Below the pieces are notes generated by a model that was not told the origin of the DNA, searched no databases, and saw only the letters and a program-made list of their open reading frames with translations. Shown in pieces: positions 1-5,439 of a stretch of DNA of 5,996 nt. Within the stretch, counting starts at the first letter, position 1; every line of letters begins with the position of its first letter. Location: positions 1 to 5,996 of IMG/VR virus record IMGVR_UViG_2690316066_000017. One strand, written 5' to 3'. Both the position numbers and the translations under genes were made by a program. The DNA is from a virus. Taxonomy: Duplodnaviria > Heunggongvirae > Uroviricota > Caudoviricetes.

Positions 1-2
1 AG

Positions 3-548
3 TCCTGCATATCCCTGGAAGAAGCACCACCGGCAAAACAGCAGATTGTCTGTAGTCGCAGTTTTGGTGAACGAATCACAGACAAAGATGCCATGCACCA
101 GGCTGTTGTTCAGTATGCTGAGCGGGCCGCAGAGAAACTACGTGGGGAGCGTCAGTATTGCCGGCAGGTGACGACATTTGTACGGACATCCCCCTTTGCA
201 GTAAAAGAACCCTGTTACAGCAATGCCGCTGTGGAAAAGCTTTCATTGCCCACACAGGACAGCCGGGACATTATTGCCGCCGCATGCAGAGCCTTAAACC
301 ATGTCTGGCGTGAAGGGTACCGCTATATGAAGGCAGGAGTCATGCTGGCTGATTTCACACCATCGGGTATAGCGCAGCCGGGATTATTTGATGAAATCCA
401 GCCCCGTAAAAACAGTGAAAAGTTAATGAAAACACTCGATGAACTGAACCAGTCGGGAAAAGGGAAAGTGTGGTTTGCGGGGCGAGGAACCGCCCCTGAA
501 TGGCAAATGAAACAGGAAATGCTATCGCCTTCGTATACAACACAATAG
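3..548 (+). CDS. umuC: Y-family translesion DNA polymerase, UmuC/MucB/ImpB/SamB family, C-terminal part (5' end lies outside the window)
   Basis: The reading frame is open from position 3 with no stop before TAG at 546-548; the ORF-track start at 93 is only the first internal Met. The translation (...WFAGRGTAPEWQMKQEMLSPSYTTQ) matches the conserved C-terminal region of UmuC-type proteins as I recall them. No umuD-like gene is visible because the upstream region is outside the window. Confidence 0.85.
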   Translation, partial: SCISLEEAPPAKQQIVCSRSFGERITDKDAMHQAVVQYAERAAEKLRGERQYCRQVTTFVRTSPFAVKEPCYSNAAVEKLSLPTQDSRDIIAAACRALNHVWREGYRYMKAGVMLADFTPSGIAQPGLFDEIQPRKNSEKLMKTLDELNQSGKGKVWFAGRGTAPEWQMKQEMLSPSYTTQ

Positions 549-568
549 ACTGAGATCCCCATTGCTTC

Positions 569-586
569 ATTCTGATATATCAGAAT
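569..586. terminator. 18-bp perfect palindrome (attctgatatatcagaat) followed by a T6 run (589-594) between convergent umuC and stbB; possible weak intrinsic terminator for the + strand transcript
   Basis: Perfect dyad seen directly in the sequence: 7-bp AT-rich stem, 4-nt loop, then aaTTTTTT on the + strand. It overlaps the last codons and stop of stbB (580-582). Confidence 0.3.
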
Positions 587-972
587 AATTTTTTCATTTT
601 AAGACGCACATCATTCATTGCCTCCTGCACCGAATCAGTAGCAGAAGGAGGCATTTTTTCAGCAAATTGCGAAGCACCGAGTTCAGTCAACACAGCTCTG
701 ATATCGGCCTGAGAAGGCTTCCATCCAGTCGTCTGACTGAGTAAGGTTACAACCTGATCTGCTGAAAACTCCTCGCTCAAAATGGCAGTCAGCAATACAG
801 GCAGGCGAGGATCAAGTTGGTGTAACGCCATTCCAGAAATAAATGCATTCCGGAACAGCTCACCACGCTCAGAACGCGGAACGGACTCTATCGCTTCCAA
901 AGTTTGAAAGTCTGCAGCTTTTTCCGGATGCAGATAAAGTGTGTATTTTTTCCTTTTCCGTTCATCGTCCAC
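580..972 (-). CDS. stbB: StbB/ParR-like partition adaptor protein (DNA-binding partner of StbA)
   Basis: Sits immediately downstream of the ParM-like gene in the same orientation, the classic parM-parR order. It is a small protein with a basic N-terminus. The ORF track begins at a TTG at 1008, overlapping stbA by 32 nt; I prefer GTG at 972-970, which lies 4 nt after the stbA stop and is preceded by a strong SD (AAGAGGAG, 7-nt spacer). Stop is TGA at 580-582. Confidence 0.6.
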   Translation of the reverse strand: MDDERKRKKYTLYLHPEKAADFQTLEAIESVPRSERGELFRNAFISGMALHQLDPRLPVLLTAILSEEFSADQVVTLLSQTTGWKPSQADIRAVLTELGASQFAEKMPPSATDSVQEAMNDVRLKMKKLF

Positions 973-976
973 AATA

Positions 977-1948
977 TTACTCCTCTTTGAAAGCCGCGAT
1001 AGCTTCAACCAGTGCTGTCTGTGGCGACTCCATCATCACTACTTTTTGCCCAAGATGGTGCCATGCCGTTTTTATCGAATCATAGATCAACGGGGCCCCA
1101 CCACCGACAACATAAACACGATTCACATGATGGAAATCACCGAGCTCATTGACTACTTGCTCCCCCAAACTGGCAATAGCCCCCTCAATGGTATTAAGGA
1201 CCAGATCAGTTTTTGTTTCGTCATTTATAACCTGCCGAACAAAGTCCGGGTCATTACGACGTTTAATCAATTCATCTGCAACGAGGAAACTGGTATCACT
1301 GGATGCCATGCGCAATGCACTCATTGCAGCTTTCGTAACTGAAGATACACCAATGCCAGAATTACCATGAATGGCACTTACAGAGTCAAATTGACCAACG
1401 ATAACACCAACATCAAGCGTAGTGCCGCCAATATCAACTACCAGCGATTTTTCGAACTGACCAACTTTATCCACGACCAGACGAGAAAACACAGCTGGCA
1501 ATGATTCAGGCATCACATCAACGTGTTCAATGGTGAAAACATCGCCTTTATTAAGACGAATCGGCCCCATTAAATTCTCAATTTTACGCTGAATGTTGAG
1601 TTCATTTTTTTGACACTCTTTCGTATAGAACTCACTGATAGGCAAAGTCACAGTCAATGATACAGGCTGAGGCGCTAATCCACTATTCAGTAAAGCGTGA
1701 TGCACAGCTAACAGGTTAACATCCGTATATTGATACTCAATATGAGTCGTAAGAATAGATTGGTTGCTAACTTCATCATACGTGTATTTTTTACCATCCA
1801 GTTCATAGTTAAATGTCTGGCGAATTCCTAACCCGTCAACCTTCCATCCATGACGAAATGAGTTTTGCGACAACGACTTACAGATTTCCCCATTATCATT
1901 CCATGCCAACTTGATTGTTGTTGAACCATCATCGCAGTATACGTTCAT
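977..1948 (-). CDS. stbA: StbA/ParM-family actin-like segregation ATPase (type II plasmid partition)
   Basis: 323 aa. The N-terminus MNVYCDDGSTTIKLAW resembles the ParM phosphate-1 motif (DDGSTxxK), and downstream DIGGTTLD and VVGGGA motifs are typical of the actin/ParM fold. ATG at 1948-1946 is preceded by AAGGGG SD; stop is TAA at 979-977. Confidence 0.85.
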   Translation of the reverse strand: MNVYCDDGSTTIKLAWNDNGEICKSLSQNSFRHGWKVDGLGIRQTFNYELDGKKYTYDEVSNQSILTTHIEYQYTDVNLLAVHHALLNSGLAPQPVSLTVTLPISEFYTKECQKNELNIQRKIENLMGPIRLNKGDVFTIEHVDVMPESLPAVFSRLVVDKVGQFEKSLVVDIGGTTLDVGVIVGQFDSVSAIHGNSGIGVSSVTKAAMSALRMASSDTSFLVADELIKRRNDPDFVRQVINDETKTDLVLNTIEGAIASLGEQVVNELGDFHHVNRVYVVGGGAPLIYDSIKTAWHHLGQKVVMMESPQTALVEAIAAFKEE

Positions 1949-1961
1949 CTATAGCCCCTTA

Positions 1962-2019
1962 AATACTCAATCTGAGTAAATCATTGTTTCTGGTTGCAAT
2001 GTAATACTCAATTTGAGCA
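1962..2019. repeat. Two copies of a 15-bp palindromic element (AATACTCAATcTGAG at 1962-1976 and AATACTCAATtTGAG at 2003-2017), 41 bp apart, in the stbA leader
   Basis: Direct repeat with one mismatch, seen in the sequence. Each copy contains an inverted repeat (tactca-N3-tgagta; the second arm of copy 2 is tgagca). Operator- or centromere-like geometry upstream of stbA. Confidence 0.6.
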
Positions 2020-2076
2020 CTATCATAGTTATGAAATCACAAAACACAAGTATTATTTATTACATCACATGACACA

Positions 2077-2097
2077 CTTCATATTTCATACTTCATA
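2077..2097. repeat. Three tandem heptamers (CTTCATA TTTCATA CTTCATA); a related 9-mer CATACTTCA recurs at 2087-2095 and 2145-2153
   Basis: Counted directly in the sequence. The repeats flank the 2112-2136 dyad. Iteron-like, possible ParR/StbB binding (parC-like) or repressor sites. Confidence 0.5.
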
Positions 2098-2111
2098 AAT
2101 ATGAACACATA

Positions 2112-2140
2112 TTGACACCTCAGGTTACCGTGTCAAAATA
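2112..2140. promoter_or_regulatory. Inverted repeat TTGACAC-N11-GTGTCAA giving consensus -35 hexamers (TTGACA) on both strands; candidate promoter/operator for the parA-like gene (+) and/or stbAB (-)
   Basis: TTGACA at 2112-2117 (+) and its mirror at 2136-2131 (-). A weak -10-like caaaat at 2134-2139, with TG at 2131-2132, lies 16 bp downstream on the + strand. SD GAGG at 2168-2171 precedes the ATG at 2177. Confidence 0.35.
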
Positions 2141-2176
2141 TCATCATACTTCACACATCATATTTATGAGGTTGCA

Positions 2177-2416
2177 ATGATTACTGTAGTTGGTGGGAAC
2201 AAAGGTGGTTCAGGGAAAACTACCATTGCATCAAACCTGGCTATTGCTCTAGCAAATAAAGGAAGGGAAGTCTGCCTGTTAAACGGAGATCTACAACGAA
2301 CAGCCGCAAAACATCATGCGGAACGAGAAGCTGCAGGACTGTTACCAGCAATAACCCTTGTTGAGAAATTTGATATGCTGATATCAAAGCTGCTGTCATT
2401 GTTGATGTCTGCATAA
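2177..2416 (+). pseudogene. N-terminal fragment of a ParA/MinD-superfamily Walker-type ATPase (type I partition-like), truncated at the junction with P2-like DNA
   Basis: Begins MITVVGGNKGGSGKTT, a deviant Walker A motif (KGGxGKT) at the extreme N-terminus as in small ParA proteins. The ORF is only 79 aa, whereas ParA proteins are roughly 200 aa or more. Its 3' end overlaps the oppositely oriented R fragment, and composition shifts to GC-rich near 2405-2415. Confidence 0.55.
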
Positions 2417-2691
2417 AACGTGAAGCCCTTTTTCTGGCCTTCGTCGGTGGTCATGATGTCGGGCTGATTTTCCCGCAGCCACGCCAGCACCGGCACGATG
2501 AGCAGGTCAAAATCACCGGTAAAGTCGGTCACAATGACATTGAGCGTGTAACGCTTTTCAAATGACAGCGACGCCGCCAGTGTGGAGGCAATACTCCCGT
2601 TATCCACGAATATCCGCAGCATCTCGGGACTGGTTTTCAGCACCGTGACGGCATCAGTCAGCGCCCTGCGCAGGCTGTCGGGTTTGAGCAT
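2314..2691 (-). pseudogene. R: P2 gpR-like tail completion protein, N-terminal fragment; the ORF tail downstream of about 2405 is read-through into unrelated AT-rich DNA
   Basis: Occupies the position after lysC in the P2 late-gene order (K-lysA-lysB-lysC-R-S). Starts at ATG 2691-2689 with an AGGA SD. At 125 aa the ORF is shorter than the roughly 155 aa I recall for gpR, and its C-terminal codons overlap the parA-like fragment on the other strand. Confidence 0.5.
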
Positions 2692-2944
2692 CGTTTTCGT
2701 CCTGACAGTGTTTAATCATTTTTACCTGGCTGGCACAGCGCGCCAGCGCGTTCTCAAGCTGCCGGATATCGGCACTTAAATCGCCGTTCGTCTCCGGGGC
2801 GCTGCCCGGCATCGGGCAAAGACTCACTTTCGGGCAGGCGTTGGGGACAATCACTGGCGTCGGTGCAGGCGGGGCGCTGGTGCAACCGGCGCACAGCATC
2901 AGGCAGGTCAGCGCCGTACCAGCGGCGAAAATCTTCGTTTTCAT
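2654..2944 (-). CDS. lysC: Outer-membrane lipoprotein spanin (Rz1/LysC-like o-spanin)
   Basis: 96 aa. Signal peptide with lipobox (…LMLCAG|C) followed by a Pro-rich segment (TSAPPAPTPVIVP), typical of Rz1. Starts in the +1 frame inside lysB and runs past the lysB stop (overlapped spanin architecture). ATG at 2944-2942 has a GAGG SD. Confidence 0.7.
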   Translation of the reverse strand: MKTKIFAAGTALTCLMLCAGCTSAPPAPTPVIVPNACPKVSLCPMPGSAPETNGDLSADIRQLENALARCASQVKMIKHCQDENDAQTRQPAQGAD

Positions 2945-3224
2945 TCAGTAACCTCGTGATGGTTTTCTCGCGCTGTGCTTCACGCTTCGCCGCGTTCTCC
3001 AGTTCCTGACGCAGTGCCACCTGCGCCAGCTCGTTTTTGTCTGCTCTGGTGAGGGCAACATGAAGCTGATTTTTCAGCATGGTGATGGTCGTCTGCTGCC
3101 CGCTGGCGACGTTGTTCGCCCTGTCCAGCGAGGTGCGCAGGCTGGCGTTTTCATGCTTCGCCAGAAACAGACCGGCCACCGCCAGCGATAACAACACGAC
3201 CAGCACAATCATCAGCTTTGACAT
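2754..3224 (-). CDS. lysB: Inner-membrane spanin (Rz/LysB-like i-spanin)
   Basis: N-terminal transmembrane helix (MIVLVVLLSLAVAGLFLA), then a charged, coiled-coil-like periplasmic domain. Lies directly after lysA with an overlapping start. ATG at 3224 has a GAGGGG SD; an alternative ATG at 3212 overlaps the lysA stop as TGATG. Confidence 0.7.
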   Translation of the reverse strand: MSKLMIVLVVLLSLAVAGLFLAKHENASLRTSLDRANNVASGQQTTITMLKNQLHVALTRADKNELAQVALRQELENAAKREAQREKTITRLLNENEDFRRWYGADLPDAVRRLHQRPACTDASDCPQRLPESESLPDAGQRPGDERRFKCRYPAA

Positions 3225-3637
3225 GGTTCCCGCCCCTCAAAACGCTGACGACAGGCCGTACGTATCAGCCGGAAGAACACCGACGCCACGAGGTAAATCA
3301 GCGCAGTAAAAATCCACCCGGCAGCGACCAGCGAGATAAACGTCGCCACCATCACCACCAGAGCCGCCGCCCGTCTGCGCCACGGCACCGGCTGCAAAAA
3401 CAGCGACGTGACAATCTTCACGGCCAGCGATTCCGGCGGCAGCTCCCGCCCGTAGCGTTCAAGTACATACTCGGTGGCATACACGCCGACACCACCGGCA
3501 ACCACACAGATAACCGTCGCCAGAATCGCCCAGGCGGCGACAAAACTGACGGCCACGCTCTGCGGGTAAATCAGGGACAGTGCCAGCATCATCACCAGCG
3601 ACACGTTCAGCATCAGTGAAAGGGATAATTTCTTCAT
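3212..3637 (-). CDS. lysA: LysA-like polytopic membrane protein (lysis-timing accessory, P2 lysA position)
   Basis: 141 aa with about four hydrophobic transmembrane segments, located between the endolysin and the spanins exactly as P2 lysA. GGAG SD lies 8 nt upstream of ATG 3637. Confidence 0.7.
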   Translation of the reverse strand: MKKLSLSLMLNVSLVMMLALSLIYPQSVAVSFVAAWAILATVICVVAGGVGVYATEYVLERYGRELPPESLAVKIVTSLFLQPVPWRRRAAALVVMVATFISLVAAGWIFTALIYLVASVFFRLIRTACRQRFEGREPCQS

Positions 3638-3651
3638 GGTGTTTACTCCGT

Positions 3652-4149
3652 TTAAGCCGGTACGCCGCCAGCGGTACGCCAGACGGTGACCAGTTTTTCC
3701 AGTGAATGCTCACGCTGACCGTAACCGGCACCCGGCAGGGACGCCCAGATATTGCGACAGCGTGAAATGGCGCGCTCAATGCGTCCCGCCCGGATGTCAT
3801 CCAGTGCACCGCGTTCGCGGATCAACTGAATGGCGAGTCTGTCCTGTGACAACGGACTGAAATCCGGCAGGGCAAGCTGTTTGCGGTAGTGCGGCCAGAA
3901 CAGGTAAAGCTGCTGATAGCGACCGGAGGCCGTGGACTTTTCACCGCGACGGTTAAACACCTTCGCCGGTCGGCCATGCGCGAACGGGTGGTCACTGTAG
4001 TCGGTGAAAATTTCCGGCTTCCCGTCCAGTCCGGTGACTATCACGTCATAGCCCCGGTTTTTCGTCAGCGGATGATTTGCCGTCCCTTCGGACACCGCCA
4101 GCATGTCGAGAAAGGCGGCGATATTCTGATGCGTGTTAATTACCGGCAT
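3652..4149 (-). CDS. K: Endolysin, lambda R-type lytic transglycosylase family (P2 gpK-like)
   Basis: 165 aa. N-terminal FLDMLAVSEGT contains the conserved catalytic Glu of lambda-R-type transglycosylases, and C-terminal NIWASLPGAGYGQ is a conserved family block. The start ATG overlaps the holin stop (TAATG). Confidence 0.9.
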   Translation of the reverse strand: MPVINTHQNIAAFLDMLAVSEGTANHPLTKNRGYDVIVTGLDGKPEIFTDYSDHPFAHGRPAKVFNRRGEKSTASGRYQQLYLFWPHYRKQLALPDFSPLSQDRLAIQLIRERGALDDIRAGRIERAISRCRNIWASLPGAGYGQREHSLEKLVTVWRTAGGVPA

Positions 4150-4430
4150 TACGGTTTCCCCCTGCCCTTAAAGCGGCGCTGAATGGCAATCTCAATCACC
4201 TGATAACCGGCGATACCCAGCATGGAGCCGATGCCGCACACCGCAGGCAGTGACAGGTCAGGAAACTGCACCAGAACAACACCGGCAACCATCGAGACAA
4301 AACCACCGAGCAACATGCGCCCGATAAACAGACGCGGGGTGATGGGTTCACCACCGGCAAGCACCTTGCCGACAACAATCAGCACCCCAATCATAAAAAG
4401 CGACAGGACGCTTTTTTCTTCTGCTGTCAT
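4149..4430 (-). CDS. Y: Holin (class I, three transmembrane segments; P2 gpY-like)
   Basis: 93 aa with three hydrophobic segments and a basic C-terminal tail (QRRFKGRGKP). Immediately upstream of the endolysin and translationally coupled to it. GGGAG SD upstream of ATG 4430. Confidence 0.8.
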   Translation of the reverse strand: MTAEEKSVLSLFMIGVLIVVGKVLAGGEPITPRLFIGRMLLGGFVSMVAGVVLVQFPDLSLPAVCGIGSMLGIAGYQVIEIAIQRRFKGRGKP

Positions 4431-4433
4431 GCG

Positions 4434-4637
4434 TTACTCCCACAGATTGACAGTTTCAGCCACGGGCGCGGTCTGAACGTCGGGCAGTTCGACGGCGGTG
4501 CCGTGCGGCAGCACTGCACCCAGTTCAGCCAGTCCCGGATTTGCGGCGAGCACGGCTTCGACCACGCCCTCAGTGCGCCCGTAATACCGGACACAAATGG
4601 CGTCGAGCGTGTCGCCCTGTAGCGCAAAGGTCTTCAT
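4434..4637 (-). CDS. X: P2 gpX-like small tail protein (LysM-like)
   Basis: 67 aa from the internal ATG at 4637-4635 (MKTFALQGDTLDAICVRYYG...), which overlaps the L stop as TGATG. The 90-aa extension in the ORF track would overlap L by 69 nt and is not preferred. Confidence 0.75.
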   Translation of the reverse strand: MKTFALQGDTLDAICVRYYGRTEGVVEAVLAANPGLAELGAVLPHGTAVELPDVQTAPVAETVNLWE

Positions 4638-5146
4638 CAGATTTGACTCACGATGCAGCGCGGTTTGTCCTGGATACGCGCCACCGCCCAGCGCATATCC
4701 CGCCACAGCTCATCAATGGTGCTGTCAATGCTGTCAGCCTTCTTGTCACCTTTCGCACTGGCATCCACGCCGCGATAACGCTCATAAAGCGACGCGGTCG
4801 CCATCGCACACACGGCGCGCTCGTAGTAAAAAACTTTGATGCTTTCACCGTCGATATCGTCCGCCGGGACGTCCGCCAGACACGTAAAACCGGCGGCAAT
4901 TTTCTGTTCGCGGTACTCGTACAGCTCCGCATTTGTCTCCGCCATGCCTGACTTGATGGCCTCACGCAGACGGGCGGGGGCGACGGTCTGCTCAAGGCGC
5001 ATACGTTCCCGGACGCGCTTCGGGTCGATATCGGGAAAAAAGAACGTGTTTTTAATCACCGGCTCGTCGCCTGCCGGTTGCGGGATGACCACCGTACCCT
5101 CACCGGACACGGGAGCCTCCTTTCGCGGAATAATCAGCGTCATCAT
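4637..5146 (-). CDS. L: P2 gpL-like head completion protein
   Basis: 169 aa from the ATG at 5146-5144 (MMTLIIPRKEAP...), preceded by a GAGG SD. The ORF-track start at 5206 adds 20 residues with no SD. Position and size fit P2 gpL. Confidence 0.75.
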   Translation of the reverse strand: MMTLIIPRKEAPVSGEGTVVIPQPAGDEPVIKNTFFFPDIDPKRVRERMRLEQTVAPARLREAIKSGMAETNAELYEYREQKIAAGFTCLADVPADDIDGESIKVFYYERAVCAMATASLYERYRGVDASAKGDKKADSIDSTIDELWRDMRWAVARIQDKPRCIVSQI

Positions 5147-5245
5147 GACTACCTCAGAAAAGTCGGGCGGTGGACGCCGGTGCAGTGTCAGGTGATTCAC
5201 CCTCACTGACCGGCGTGCCGCCCTGGCGCGGGGCGCATTCGGTTG

Positions 5246-5428
5246 TTAACTGGCTTTCTTTTTCGGGCGTCCACGTTTTGCCGGTGTCACGCTCCGGGTC
5301 TTACGCGGGGCGCGGGTGGCCGCTTTGGGCTGCGGCTCCGGCTTCGGTTTCAGCTCCCGCTCCAGTCGTTCAATCTCTTTTTTGACGCCTGCCTGACAGT
5401 CGAGCTGTGTCGCACGTTGCAGGTGAGC
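5246..5428 (-). pseudogene. M: C-terminal fragment of a P2 gpM-like terminase small (endonuclease) subunit, truncated at its 5' side by the junction/ambiguous bases
   Basis: Only about 60 codons remain before the stop at 5246-5248, and the frame enters the N stretch at 5429-5438. Its position upstream of L matches P2 order (O-N-M-L). The C-terminus is very basic with an AT-hook-like KRGRPKKK. Identity as M is inferred from position and memory, not verified. Confidence 0.45.
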
Positions 5429-5438
5429 NNNCNNANNN
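5429..5438. other. Stretch of ambiguous bases (nnncnnannn) exactly at the boundary between P2-like DNA and the fimbrial usher fragment
   Basis: Seen directly in the sequence. GC-rich phage-type sequence lies to the left and AT-rich usher sequence to the right. Confidence 0.95.
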
Positions 5439-5439
5439 G

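Noticed and set aside
93-548. ORF-track start at 93 as the true start of the umuC-like gene
   Set aside because: The frame is open back to position 3 and the upstream translation is still UmuC-like (…KQQIVCSRSFGERITDKDA…). The gene is a 5'-partial that continues outside the window.
323-570. Minus-strand ORFs 323-562 and 355-570 inside umuC
   Set aside because: They are antisense to a well-supported conserved coding region and have no recognisable features.
843-1370. Plus-strand ORFs 843-1085, 941-1342 and 1149-1370 within stbB/stbA
   Set aside because: They are antisense to the ParM/ParR-like genes and have low-complexity translations with no SD.
2040-2170. Possible CRISPR array or tandem-repeat locus
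   Set aside because: The repeats are 7-15 bp, irregularly spaced and AT-rich, with no unique spacers of uniform length. They fit iteron/operator sites in a promoter region, not CRISPR.
3218-3619. 133-aa + strand ORF rich in His/Arg/Gln antisense to lysA
   Set aside because: It lies entirely antisense within lysA in GC-rich DNA, has low-complexity composition and no SD. Typical spurious ORF.
4434-4706. 90-aa extended form of X
   Set aside because: The extension overlaps the 3' end of L by 69 nt with no SD. The internal ATG at 4637 gives the canonical 67-aa product and a TGATG coupling with the L stop.
4541-4951. 136-aa + strand ORF, together with other + strand ORFs across 3889-5506
   Set aside because: All lie antisense to, or in alternative frames of, the coherent minus-strand L/X/Y/K genes. 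Long spurious ORFs are expected at this GC content.
4637-5206. 189-aa extended form of L starting at 5206
   Set aside because: The first 20 residues have no SD. The ATG at 5146 is preceded by GAGG and yields the expected 169-aa protein.
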